Shown one piece after another: positions 36,635 to 50,400 of a stretch of 64,000 bases of DNA. The position numbers were made by a program, and so were the translations under genes. The stretch lies in assembly GCA_965637545.1 (NCBI GenBank), contig OZ281497.1, positions 14,012,001 to 14,076,000 on the forward strand, read 5' to 3'. The notes beneath the pieces were generated by a model. The model was not told the origin of the DNA and did not search any database. It saw only the letters and a program-made list of their open reading frames with translations. How positions within the stretch are numbered: position 1 is the first letter of the stretch; each line of letters opens with the position of its first letter. Source of the stretch: Phallusia mammillata. Its lineage: Eukaryota.

Positions 36635-39600
36635 CTACTTTGCCAGAGTTTCCTCGGACAAGTTTCTTCCGTTTACGTACACACTGCTTATGTTTCGGTC
36701 GTCTCCACAAAAAATGAACTTCTCCACAAGCTCCTACAAACCAAAACACAGTAGCGTTTTTAGCGTATTAAGTTAAGTTTTAAACCTTTTAAAAATTTGG
36801 TGTTTTTTTATATGTTTGTTTACTGCACTAATTAAAGAATGGATCATAAGAATTTATATATCATCAGAAAAACAGTATCAGTTTGGTGTTGTATATATAG
36901 TGTAAATAATATTGGAATTCTTTCATTCCCTGCTAATTTTACTAAACTTCAATTTGACCCTATAAAATGTCAGTGCTCCCGTGGCCACAAACCTTTGTTG
37001 GAGTTTCTGAGTCGTATTGAATATGCGATCCAGTGGCACCAACATCGACTATGAGGGCATCAAAACTTTTTCCGACCTCAAAATTACCGATCTCATCTCC
37101 AAGACCCAGTGCACGAGCGCCATCTAGTGTCGCCAGGCGAAAGGCGTCCTTGTAGGTGATTACTCTAAGCAACAAATTCCAATGGACTAACACAAACTAC
37201 CATTTAACATAACAGCAATTACCTGTAACTCTCGCCTCTGAATATGCGAAGAGTGTTGGAAACATGTAAAGCACGTCGAATCGCGTCCAAAATGGACACA
37301 GAATAGCCTCCGGCTACATCTGAATGCAATTTAATTATAGGTTCTTTGTGTTTTTAAGCGATTTTTTACTGGACTTACCTGTTCCGAGGCAAACTTTGAC
37401 ATTTTTGTCCAACAGGTTTCTGACGTCCAAAAGTCCGCTAAAGATTCTACAGCCATATTGATGTGTGTTAAATATATGTTGACACATTATTAACAAGCGC
37501 TATGTAAAACCTGCTTACGATAGATTTGAGTTTGGACAATGGATAATTGATGATCCCCGCTTTTTCACAACCTCCAACTCGTCGTCCGACAAATATATTC
37601 CATGGGCAAGAAAAGTCTGGGAAACAAATATATTTCATAAACTTAAGCAACAGTTTACGTGTCGAATATATTTTATGTCGGAAACGTTGATAGTACTGTT
37701 TATTCAAAGAGTGTTAAAGATTGGTGATTTTCTAAAGCAGGGGTCCGCAAATAGTGGGTGGTGACTCAAGTTTGGATTTTGATACCATTTACTTTCGGTC
37801 GCAAAACATCTAAATATGTTTATGTAACCATGAATTTTGGCCATTAAATCCGATTTGCAGAAGTACGAAAAACTCAAGGATAGCATCACTTTCGTTTATT
37901 GTTTTTTGTCTTCACATACTCTTTGTCAATTTTCGTTTTTTGCAGAAGTACGAAAAACTCAAGGATAGCATCACTTTCGTTTATTGTTTTTTGTCTTCAC
38001 ATACTCTTTGTCAATTTTCGTTTTTTTGCGTCACACAATTCACGTGATTTTCGTTTCTTACGTCACACTTGAAAAGCTGTTAATACGTTGTAATAAGCGC
38101 TTTCCTTGCAGCGAAGCAGAGGTTTGATATTGTAGCTTGTGGTAATTGGGGCGAGGTGTTTTATTGCGCTGATAGTTTTTTTATGTTTCTGTAATTCGCG
38201 ATGTAACTTTGTGGGTTGTTTAACATTTATTTGCAGGCCTCTAATCGGAGTCACGTAAGATTTATGTTATTATCCTACATGGGCTCTATTTCAATGTAAA
38301 ATTAAGGCACCAGACCCAGGTTACAGTTTTCAAAGAAATCGAACTCGTTTCCATGAATGTACATTTTAATTTAAATTTAACTGAATAAGAGTCATATGAC
38401 GAACAATAACAAAAGAACCGTGACGGATCTAAATTTCCATAGACCTAGCAGTGTAACGCCAAAGAAAACCAATTTGGAGGCCACACTGATATCGTAACAA
38501 AGTCCTTGAAATAAAACATTTTCAAACTCGGCGATACAGGTTATTGAGCATTTCACATACTTCGCCGGATTTAGCACATCCATGTTCACTATTTTTCAAA
38601 GATTGCTGTTCACTAAAATATTGTACAGTATTTGAAATCCTAATATTGGATTGCCAAATGTTGCATCTGACAAAATATATTAAGCACCGAGCGCCAGATC
38701 AAACTACAGACTATTAGCTTTACTAGCTGAATTCAATACATTGTATGACCGACACAATTAAACGCTTAAGAACAGAGGTTCCTGTATTTTATATCAATAG
38801 GTAATATCTAATGGGGCGCTTAACGGAGAGATTTGGGAGCAAAAATGAACTGAAACGCAGTAAGATTACCTGGTTTGTAAGAAGGCCATTATCATCGTAA
38901 ATGGCGGTGTACGTTTCATATTCAGGAAAGTGTTGCATTACTGCTCTTACTTCCTCGTGATTTTCTTGTATGTGAGTCTAAAGATGTAAAACTTCAATAG
39001 TAAACCTTTTCAATGCTAAATTATAGTGCAGATGTTTACCTGCACAGCCACGTTATAACGTTTTGCGAGGTCCCCAAGTTCCTTCATGAGATCACGAGTA
39101 GTGGAAAGAGCAAACCTCGGTGTTATGATCGGTTTTACCAGTTGATACTATTAAACCGAAAAGTGCAATATAATGGAACAAGTTTTATTGCCAAAATTTG
39201 CTTGTAATTGTGTGCTACTAGAATCATTTTAAAGTCGTCTTTGGGATGCTGGAATGGTAAGTTTTATCATTTGAAACTAAGGCTACGTAGACGTACAGCA
39301 GACAGTTTCAACCTACATTTTTATTTATCGCCGTTAAAACCGGGCAAAAATGTACGATACCTTTCGACTTCCCAGTTCTTTCAAAAATCTGCAAAGATAC
39401 GAAACTTTAGTGTAGCACAGTGTAACATTAAAACCTCCCACAACATACCTTTTTGTTTCTTTCAATGATTCTTCAGTAGTTTCTTTGTATGTTTCATGTA
39501 ATGCAGTGTCCATGTTCACCTTGCCAACAAACACACGTTGCCCAATGGAATCTACAAACCAAGTTGTTTGAAATAGCGCGTGGTTTTCAGCTACTTTTTA

Positions 39601-41088
39601 CATTGTGTGATATATAATTATAACCTGCTATCCGACAAAGCTCAAGGCTTGCGTCAGTGTGAATTGTTGCAAAGTAAGCAGCGGTAGTTGTTCCATTTTT
39701 CAGCGTTTGACGCACGACCTGTCAACAAAATAAATCTTGTATTTAAATACTTGTCGTAAAAATATCAAACAGCATTTTGAGTTAATGCTCAAACATCAAA
39801 TAGAAAATTGGTAATCTGTGAAATTACTGTACAAAGTAAACAATTCTACATTCGGTTTTATTGATGTTGTATTATTATGGAGAGTCTGAAATGTACAGCA
39901 TTGTGTTATGCTACTATAGTTTCGAAGTACATGTTGCATTGATTTAGTTATTTTTCGAGCATACGTAATGAGAAAAGATGCGGTCAGGGCGCCGCACCTT
40001 GAGTACAAGTATGATTTGTTGGATTGTAATTTATTTCATGTGAAATATCCTGTTTACATGTGTTATGTAGTTTTATTAAATTTCATTTGTTTTTGTTTTT
40101 TCTTTAAATATGCAAAGCAATTTATACGACAGCCGCTAACGCCATGCCATTATTCTCCTTTTTTCTGACTGTTTTGTTGCTGTTGAGATTTGTTATTAAA
40201 TGACCAAGACACTTACTGGATATATTCTGTTTACATGTAGCCTTTTTCTCCATGTTCAATATTATTATGTGTCGTGTCGAAACGACAGATTTATGAAAGG
40301 ACATTGTTGTTAACTTTTATTATGCAGTATTGCCACTATTACAACTATAATATGTTATGATATTCGGTATATATAACATAAAATGATACGTTTTTAAGTG
40401 TTCGTGCAATTTGAAAGTAACCATTTTAACATATACGAACCCTGGTATAGTAGTCTGTGGCATACGTGAGAGCTTCGTATTTCATTTCAGCTGGAAATGT
40501 ATATTCCTGCAGCCAATCCAATAGCGGCAAGTCGGATCCAGTTCCAATGTAAGCATATTGTGAAGCGTGAATATGGCCATCTATCATTCCTGGCATAAGA
40601 AATTGACTACAAGCAGAAAATGTAAATGTCTGAAAACACGTTCCAGAACAAGAGTATGGGTTTACCGGCCAAAAGTCATGTCATGGTAGATTTGTTAATA
40701 TTACATGAATTCTTACCCGTGCGTCAGCTTTCTAACTGCGGATTCTTCAAAACGGTGTCTTGTGAGCATTTCATCAATTTTTGACCCTTCCGATACGAAA
40801 GCAATCTAATATTTTTGAATTGAATAAATATCGCAATATAAATGTCGTATATATGTTTCGTCTATGCTTGTTTTTTAAAAGTAGCCAACAACACAATAAT
40901 GGCTTTGGCAATGATCAATCTTGCAGCAAATTGTATTAGCAACCACTTTACGACAACAAACTTCGATTTACCTTTCCTTGCGAGTCAATCCCGATTAAAC
41001 CGTCTTCGACAACCAATAGTGAATCATCGTCAGTTGAGTGCACAAAAGGGCCGTGAAACACGGACCGAATTTTAGACATTATTTCCAT
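36635..41088 (-). CDS. GDA: Guanine deaminase (amidohydrolase superfamily), multi-exon
   Basis: Spliced translation gives VFHGPFVHS...GK, FLMPGMIDGHIHASQY..GTGSDLPLLDWLQEYTFPAE, LKNGTTTAAYFATIH, GQRVFVGKVNMD, KPIITPRFA, THIQEN, FLAHG...IIHCPNSN, CLGTDVAGG, AFRLATLDGARALG..IGNFEVGKSFDAL and GDDRNISSVYVNG. Zn ligands HxH, H and D are present. Stop TAG at 36635-36637. In-frame ATGs at 41088 and 41079. Confidence 0.96.
37854..38026. repeat. Near-perfect 85-bp tandem duplication in a GDA intron
   Basis: GCAGAAGTACGAAAAACTCAAGGATAGC... starts at 37857 and again at 37942. Confidence 0.92.
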
Positions 41089-41379
41089 ATTATATCACAT
41101 AGGACAGAACAGAAGAAAATTAAAACAAAATTTTCAAAAAGAAGTACCAGAGATCTTATCTGCACATAATGTAGGATATTTTTGGTTTAAATTTGACTTT
41201 TGGCCATTCCAAGAACTCCAGAGATGTTAAATGCACGCTCTCAAAAAGTGTGACCTACTTTACACCACACGCCGCAGCACTAAAATCACAGGCCACTCTC
41301 GTTCACATACACGTAGCGTGATGTGGTAGAAACCAGACACTTTCTAGATATTAATCTTATCGATGAGTTTACATCTAGG

Positions 41380-41480
41380 TTGGGTTTGCCAGACACCCGG
41401 AATTTCCGGACAAATTCGGAATTGCGGCGTAAAATCTGTGTTCGTAAATAATTTTCAGACACACTTTTAATGTGCGCAAT
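41380..41480. mobile_element. Old DNA-transposon remnant; related inverted copy at about 61465-61566
   Basis: CCGGAATTTCCG...AATT..GGCGTAAA..TGTGT...AAATAATTTT is shared with the reverse complement of 61500-61565. A GGGTTTGCCAGA end resembles hAT termini. Confidence 0.45.
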
Positions 41481-44026
41481 TTTAGTGTCTGACGAGCAAA
41501 CATACAGTAGTTCTCAAAATTATTTTCCTTTGGGACTTAAAGGTTTACGATTTAACTGTTTTCTGTGCGATTTTTGATGCACGATCAATCCACGTGATGA
41601 GAAACAACTAATCAGCATGAATTGAAAGACAATTAGGGTATTTTTGCGTAGAAACCTAATATAACGCTGTTTAAAGGACCGGATCGTCTTAAAAGTATGT
41701 CCATCACAATAAAGCATGTCGCTTTTTACGTCTATTTGGGCCGTTATTTTCACCATTAAACTTATGAACAGATCCGTATATAGTGTTCCTACGTCCATCA
41801 GTTATGAAAAATCACAAAAAATGCCAAATATGGGGTTATTTGGGCTGTTAACTTGTAACAACATGCCATACAACGAATGTTTGACGTCATCAAAGATTAA
41901 AGCCTTCAGGAATTTTGCGCACGCACATACGGAAGCTCCAATGTAACTTGTGTCATCACGTTTTCAACACATCACGTTTTGTTTGTTTCGTTTGGCATCA
42001 TTCATTATTATTATTCGGTCACTGCATTTTGAAAACCCTTACTCCTTCAAGACAAACGTACGACGTAAGTACTTATTTCAGTAAAACACGGGTATTCAGT
42101 AAAACACGTGACATAATAGATGACTATATTTACAAGCGGTAAACGTTTCATCCATGTAAATACGCATGTCTTGCCAATAATGAATGGACCGAATGCAAGG
42201 CACATAAAAAAAAGGAAGCAGATTATCACAGTAATTCTTGAAATTATTGAAGTGGCTTTAAAGGTGCAGGTACATTTGCATTCGACCATGTTAGGCCAAC
42301 ATTTACGCATGCCTGAACATGGCATATTTACCTACTGTTTACGTGTGCGTGCCAAGTGTTTGAATACAATGCCAGACATGAAGTAAGAGCATTACAACCA
42401 ACTTTTTAGGAAATAAGACCGGCCACAGAATGTTAGCATTTAATTGTTTCAATTGGCCTTATACTGCAGAGGATTAAAAGCAAAAAAATCCACGCACAAG
42501 AATATGGATTACAGTTGCAATTATATGCCATTAGTTGTTAGTTTAAACATTACAAAGTAAATACATAAAGTATGAAGAGATACGGTAATCTGAAACTTCT
42601 TGGATGATGCACCCAGAAAAAAATGTTTTGCAAAAATTTATTTGTAAAAACTTGAGGTAATGTAGGCAATTAACGAATTTCGGTTACTCTCGTAAGATTA
42701 TATCTGTGGCGAGATGAAACGTCATTACGTTTGTTCATGCTGAGAATAAACGTAGGTGTGCGTCAAACAGAGATTTCCCGAAATTACATTTTTCTCTCCA
42801 GCTTTTTTCCGCCTAAATCTGATAGTTTCTCTCTAAACATAATTTTAAATTCGTGGCATATACTACCATGAAGACCTACTCAATAACCTGATTTCTTTCT
42901 CTGTCCTGTAAGTTTTTTAGTGTTTGATAAACGTAAACATTAATAATACTTGACCACCATTATACGTTGAAATTTTTGCTCGGAAATACCACCCTGGTTT
43001 ACAAACCTTGAGAAACTTTTACTGCACAGCGTCTCATTATCTTCGTATTTCAACCAAAATAGACTTGTTTTGATCTGTAACGCCCACTTGTACTTGCACG
43101 CCTGAATTAGTCCGTCTCGTACCACCTTTTCAACCTTTCTTTATTTCGTACGTTTTATAAAATGCAAACACTTTGTGACCTTACACATTCATGCGCTAGT
43201 TCGAACAACTGCGAGTGAAATGCTGTTTGCATTTAACGTAATATATGCGCCAAAAGAAAAGTACCAGTTGTGTGCCATAAAAGGTGGTAAACGGGAGCTT
43301 TGAACACATAGCATTGTGCGGAAGAAGGTTACCGAAACACGGACTAAAAGCACGAAATATTAGATCAGACTGTACAAAGGTCTTTTCACACAACTTTAAT
43401 TCGTTTTGTCTTAGTTATATGCCATATTTCTCAAAAACCGAACATTTTTGACAAAATACTTCACGTAAGAGCTGTTCTCAACTTATGTTTAAACCAAAAA
43501 CTTACGTAACACACGGCAGCAGAAAATTAATGTAAACACTATGAGCGCATTGTGATTTTCCGGTACGTGATATAGTTGAGTCATATATGACTACGTAAAT
43601 TGGTTTCAGGACTCGCTGTCGCGTAATGCAACACTTGGTCACATTACAAATTTGGTCAAACCATAAAATATTCAGCCTGCCAATACAGAAACAAGTATAA
43701 CTTGAACAATAAAAGCAGTCATTGGCAAAACGATGCCATTTTTTAAACACATGTTTTATTTTTGTTAAAAAAAACACATAACTTATATCATTTTCTTTCA
43801 ATACACCATTACTTGATCATAAACTTGGGAGACACAAGGCCCTTTTAGCACACTATGAAAATGCAGTGGTGCAGCCGGCGGATGCGGTTGCAAAAGCCAA
43901 TTTATGCGGCCGTGAACATGTGTATTTAAATACGACCTGACGACAGTAAATTGGTTGATAACTTTTTGGTACACATTTGGCATAAATCTGGTCTGTATGG
44001 ATTTATCGGGTTTGGAAGATATAAAT

Positions 44027-44322
44027 ATTGATGCACCGAAGTTTCGGTTGACCTAAACTTTTCGGCCGAACATGATTTTTTGTCGATGTTTTGGTTTCGG
44101 CCCAAACTTTGTTCAAAATTGTTAAGTAAACGTCTAAAACTTTCAATTTTGCCACTTCAAAAAACTTGAGTAAACTAATCTAGTGTCTAGAAACAAGTTT
44201 TATTTAGCTTATGTGTAAAAGTTATTTTTGAGTGTCATAAATGAGTTTATCTGCATCAACAAGGCCGAAATTATATGTCAGGTTTAGGTCGGAACATTTT
44301 AGGGCCGGTTCGGTGAATCACC
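44027..44322. mobile_element. Degenerate relative of the TTCGG-rich hAT MITE at 7193-7674
   Basis: Ends TTGATGCACCGAA and TTCGGTGAATCA with internal TTCGG(CC)GAA motifs. No exact TSD. Confidence 0.5.
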
Positions 44323-44345
44323 AGTATATAGTACTGGCCCAGTGG

Positions 44346-44525
44346 CAGTGATGGGATGCAAATTTTTTGTCAGACGGTTCTATCACAAAAGTCATATATT
44401 TTAGCCGGTTCTGTTGTAAAAAGTCCACTGACAGTAACCAGTAATGCTAACCGGTTCGGTGATCTCATAAAATTTTGTGAGACGGTTCTATAGAATCGGT
44501 GCAAACCAGCTGAATCCCACCACTG
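44346..44525. mobile_element. Short hAT-type MITE
   Basis: TIRs CAGTGATGGGATGCA and TGAATCCCACCACTG. Exact 8-bp TSD CCCAGTGG (44338-44345, 44526-44533). Internal CGGTTC repeats. Confidence 0.85.
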
Positions 44526-45583
44526 CCCAGTGGCCATACGCGTCAGACTTTTGGAACACCCATATTATGTGGAAACAATGAATTAATATAGGCAACATTT
44601 CGTAGCAATAGGCCCATAGATGAAGATTTCTTAAACAGAATATCTCGAAATAGGAATAAAGCAAAAAATATTCTGAGAGATATAATGAGACAAATCAGAT
44701 TTCATTTTATCATGAATTCATAAACAAAAGCATAGACGTACTTGGCGGCCGTTGGTGCAATAACAACCTTTGATTGTGAAAAGGTTTTGCACTTCTGCTA
44801 TAAAGCTCAGATTTTAGTAGGTAGTAGCCTTGCGGACAAATAGTTTTCATAAACAGTTTAAAATAGCATTCAAATTAAAATTGGTAATCAGTTATATTCA
44901 AAGTACTAATTAACCTACCATACTGTGAAGACTGAGTGTGATCAGGTGACATGAACGAAGATTGATCCAATTGTTGTAAACTCACCACACACTAATTGAA
45001 GCACAGGGGCAAACGTAGGAAAAGTAGGTTGGTAAACACTTATGGATAACGCTGTCTTTGGTTTATTTCTCACCGAATGTCAAAGGATAAAACCCTAGTA
45101 CCCTGTCTAAGGTCTAAAACAGCTCTTTTAAATATGAGAGAATTAGCGGGAGTTGTACTTGTCAGACCAACAGGTCACACTTAGGGAGATTAACTTGAAT
45201 GTCATGTTCTAGATTTGTATTTGTATTTGCTGAAACAGGTTTTATTTGCTTTTCAATGTCAACAATCTGAGACGCGACAGGCGTTGCAGTTATGCACGAA
45301 TTGCGTAAAAACGTTGTAACTGGAATATTCAGCAGCAAGCAGGCTGTTACTATTTTCGTACCTTGCCCGATTAAAAATCTACACAGTGCAGTGTTAAAAT
45401 TGTGTTTGACATAAACAATTCAAAGACAAGTACGTAGTTATGTCCACAAAAGCATCAGGTAAACAAAAAAAGATCGACGAAATTTAAACAAAACAATAAA
45501 AGAATGAAAAAGGAATACTTTGTTCCAGCCAACCACCAAACCGTGCTGACCATGTTGTCCCATTTGTCCGAGTACGACTAGAC

Positions 45584-46078
45584 CAGGGGTGCACAACCTG
45601 CGGCCGAAGAGACGAGTTTGTGCGGCCGTGAACATGTTCATTAAAATATGTAGATTGGCGGCCGTGACGTAAATAAAAACTCTTTTGCCAACGTTTTTGA
45701 TCTTTAAACTGCTCTGAACAGATTTTGTAGAACTAAGAAGAGTATTACCAGCCAAGTAGCCATATGCGTCAGCCTTTTTGTGCCTATTGTGTGCAAACAA
45801 TACAAAAAAACAGATACCGCAAGCATCACAGTATAGATTATGACGTCATAAACAATTAAGACTGATCGTCAGACTGTTCAGCTCAGTCTGTGCATCAAGT
45901 TATAGAAATTAATGTAGGCATTTAAGGCGTCATTAAATGGTATATATATATATATGTATAATATAAGTATTTCTTTACATCGGTAATTTTAAAACACAAG
46001 CAAGCAGGCAATTGGCGACCGTTGGTGAAATAAATATCTGCGATGCGGCCGTCATAGCGAAAAGGTTGTGCACCCCTG
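45584..46078. mobile_element. hAT (Charlie-like) MITE
   Basis: TIRs CAGGGGTGCACAACCT and AGGTTGTGCACCCCTG. Exact 8-bp TSD GACTAGAC (45576-45583, 46079-46086). GCGGCCG subterminal motifs. Fragments of the same family at about 44742-44797, 61132-61170 and 62051-62100. Confidence 0.9.
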
Positions 46079-47493
46079 GACTAGACGCACAAAAAGTGAG
46101 CCAACTTTAATAAGCTATTATCTAACGTTACATTTACAAACGACCAGTCTGTGTGCACAGTATTGTATGATCGACTCAAGTGTGATGTTAACAATATTGT
46201 TAGCGACATGAAAAAACGAAATTAGCAAATATCCCAGAACAAAAAATGTCGTTCAGTCTCGTTCTGTTCCAATATGAAACCAAGGGCGGGTATTGTTTCT
46301 AGGGGGAGGGCGATCGCCCCATTAACCCGGGGTCGGAGCCTAGCTTACTACACATAATGGGAATGTGTCTTCGTTAAATCAAAGAGAATAAACTAGCATT
46401 CCAAGGCAAAGTTAATGTTTTCAATTTAAATTAATCAAGATGCTTACTTCCACACAAATATATTCTACTTTTGTTTGCGCTCAAATAGTATTGCGACGAC
46501 AACGTGTGCTGCGGCATACAGCTTAACCTCAAGTAGCGGAGTAAACTAAAGATGTAGTAAAATAACGATGCTAGCTGCATTTGTGTCTATATTACGGTAA
46601 ATTGCTCGATCTTTCGTACACTAACACAAAAATAAAATTGCTTGTTTCTATTAATTTACATGATAACGATGCCACCTGTTTTTAATGCATTTCACCTGAG
46701 TTTTACAGTTAGCACGTACCCAAACCATCTTCTCATAACGCAAGACACTATAAACTTTTGCGTCATAAGGCACTTTGTGCACAATACTGTTTCATTGTGG
46801 CAATAATAATATCTACTGATAATTTATTTTTACATAAAAATCGATACAAGAAAATTATAGACCACTTACAAAAGTACTAACCCTACTATACAGTGAATGA
46901 TGGATGTGATCAATTAACAAAATAGAAAGTAACCAAAAAAGTATTGTGTAGAGTGAATCAATACCAAACACTTTGTGGAACATAGTTTCCGACCAAACAA
47001 AAATCTGTGCAACGGCCAGAGTGTGTAATACTTGCATAGCCCACCTTGCTGCAAACGCAAAACATACACAGTATGAAGAGAAGGTCGGTAAACACTTGTG
47101 GTAAACAGTATTTTCCTTTTCTCTCTGAGAAACATTATGTTTATACCCCAACAAAGATAAAAGGTACCCTTCGAAAACAAAGAAGGTCCGTGAGGGCTTA
47201 AACACTGGTCCAGAAAACTTAGTCACGGTACAATGTAAACAACCAGGTTTGGAAGACACGAAAAATTTGCATGATAAAAAAATAATTGTAAAAAGACGAT
47301 GAACGAGTGAGTAATCATGTGTACAAGGGCATAAAGTAAACAAATCCTCTAACACTTTAACATAATCGAAAAGTAACGTTTTTTCAAAAAAAATTGCTAT
47401 CTTCACCAAAGGGATCAAAACATTTCTGACTGCGTTGAACACCATGCACCGGAGGACGGGAACATGGATAAAAAAGAGCCAAATCGGCAGCTG

Positions 47494-50400
47494 TCAGGCT
47501 CGAACGGAAAAACCGTTTCCCCGAATCGCTTCTCTGTAGGCAACGTGAGCTCGAATCTTTTTCGTCAAGAGTTCCCGCCTCACGATTTTTACATCTTCCT
47601 CCGCTTGGTGGCGCAGCTAAAATGCAAAGTTATATTTAAGCGACATTTTACAATCTCTTTCAAATATCCATAGAAAGACAATTTTCTTGTTTGATAGATG
47701 ACAATACATATAGTTCAGGTAGAGCGCAAGGGTCACATCAAAAGTTTTACCGAATTTCTGTCAAAAAAATCTTTTGTCAGCGTTGCACAACATTAGGCAA
47801 GAATGCAAAAGTGTCAAACCATATGTCTAAAAGTTAATTCCAGCTTATGTAAACTTAATAAACGCTATTGCATTATTTGCGGACAATATTGCAATATTTG
47901 CGCATAATTGCCCAACAAAAAAACGTTAGCACTGACTTTAAACAAAACAAAAATCGTTTTTGTAACCGCCAGTAAAGGTAACATTTTTTCCGGTAATGAT
48001 TACCTTGATTTCACCAGTTAACTTGATCTTTGCATCTTCAATCTTTCGCCTCAGTCCGTCTATGTCGTGTTGCAACCGCGTTACTTGTATTTTGCTGTTG
48101 CTCTGAAGCAGTAACGCCATTGCAATACAAAAATAACATGTCAAGTTCAAAACAAAACTTACTCAAATTTGGAATGTCAGACACAGCCTACAATTGTTTT
48201 TCAAAATACAAATTCGTTTATTTGGACCAACGTGTTTCAATCAAGAAATCTTTTACGGCAAATTCGTTTTAAAACTGTTTGACTTTCAAAAACTTGTGTT
48301 CAGGATTACACATTCTAACAAATCTTACTCCGTCGATTGGAGGCATGCTGTTTCACTACTGCTAGTTGAAAATCAATATGCAACAGATCTTGTCGCGTTT
48401 CAAGCGCATTAAAACGACTGTATGATTTAATCTAAAAATGGGGCAAAGTATTGCAATGATTAAAGCGCGGTTAGTAAGTTATGTTAAGAATGATGCGGGT
48501 TGGGTCGAAACAGAAGGCAAAATATGCATGTCAGTTGTTTGCAAAATCCGCTTAAAATTATAATTGCAAATCATACGACTTTGGGTTACGATTAGTACTG
48601 GTAACCATTTTAAAACAACCTCCATAATCAGACAGATTATAGAGCTAAATACCCTTCTGTGGGCATTGTTTGGTTGAACAAGTTTGTATACCTCTAGTTA
48701 CCTCGCGAAGGTGTTTTCTTTTGATCTTATATAATCGATAAACAGTAAAACGTATGTCAGATGAACGTGTATGATATGTGCCTAACCTACCTTTACTGAA
48801 GGTCTGCTTGTGACTGAAGGCAGGAACGTTGGATATCTTCGTTTCTCGCTGATTTTTTCGCCCTCTAACGCAGACACCAAGCGTCTGTGCGATCTAAAAC
48901 GCAATTTAGAAGGTATGTACGTGGGAAGGACTAATAAAAACCTTTTTTGAGCTCACGGCACAGCAACACGTTAATTTTTTGTTTACAACACTTGGATAAA
49001 AAGCTTTTCAAAACAGTAGCCTAGGGCCCTAGCCTATATCTCTAAGGTAGCCTAATAGGTGAATCAGGTTTGATAACAAATAAAATCTAAAATAGTACCG
49101 TTATCATTTACAATAGGCTACATTATCCTAAAATCAGATGACTCTGCAATCCAGAATAATTCAGAGATGTCTTTTACGGCAAAGTAGGTTGGTTTTAATA
49201 AATAGGAAATAACTACACAAAAATATCAAAGGGTCCAACTTGCTGTATAAAAAGCGCAATTGGAGAGTGTGAAGTTGAATCAAGCGAAATTCTTGTTAGT
49301 TACTTACGTGTCTAGCTCGCTTTGAAGTCTACGGCAGATGTCTTCAAGTGGCATCGTCCGCTTCTTTTCTTCAAAAAACTTTTTCTTCCACATATCACGA
49401 ACTGCGTGAAGGCCAATTAAACAAGAGAACGTTAAACACACAAAATGCAAAACAAATATAAATCCTGAATTAAACAAAGGTCAAGAACCGATACCACTCT
49501 ATTTGTGTAATGTCTAACGGTCGCGCGTGTACTAAATAGGACCAACTAAGCTTTCATTCTCAAAATGTAACAAGTGGTTATGGAGTGTGGTTGCTTCATG
49601 CTACATTTAGAACTGAACAATAATAAATAATTTAACAAAAACCTCCTTGGGCTGGATATTCAAGAACTTGATTACAAATCGTTATCGCTTTTCTAAATGA
49701 TAAAACCTGTCCTGTAACTAGTTTCCATTTATTTGTCCTAATACAAAGCAACGTTCAAAGTAAGTTGTGATAAGTGGAGGCTGTACAATGCCACATTTCA
49801 TGGTTGCTATCACAAAATCGAAGTCTGTTGTGTTCTTTCTGTGTAAAGGCATTTTTGTTTCCAAAAGAAGGGCAGAATGATGACTGGTCAGGGAAAGATG
49901 GAGTCAATGACCACTCTTCGTCAAACTGAAGGCCGAGTGACGGTGGAGGCACTCCAGCGCCACCATGCGTCATTGTAAAGCGAACTTTTTTGCCCACCGA
50001 AGAGTTGACTTGGGGCAAGATTGGAGCAAACGAGGATTTTCTGCGATGAGAGCTCACTTTTCTAACTCTTTTTGTATGCAAGTCTTCTTGTGACAAGACG
50101 CTTTGCTTCCACTTATCTGTGCTGTCGTCCGAGATGCTACCTGATTGCAGGAAACGAGATGGTTTCAAATTAAAGTAAGGGAGTCGCTGTATATGGTGAG
50201 GTGATCAGTTTTAACTAAACAGTTACCTAAATAAAAAATACATCAATCAAATTGGTATGACATCGTCACATATCTGACCATTGTTAGGATACATGAGAAA
50301 TGACCTGAATTGTGACCAGGCTTCGTTTAAATTTTGCACCCGAGCAAAGTCGCAAAACAACGAAGTAGCAGCAATCATTAGCGGGACTTAAGTATCGCAA

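Noticed and set aside
41500-44000. Hidden gene in the GDA upstream region (ORFs of 60-99 aa)
   Set aside because: There is no consistent exon chain or recognisable motif. The sequence looks like decayed repeat and regulatory DNA.
47494-47496. Selenocysteine recoding of the SPATA1 TGA
   Set aside because: I recognised no SECIS-like hairpin, the TGA falls where SPATA1 homologues end, and there is no redox motif context. Only generic readthrough is kept as a hypothesis.
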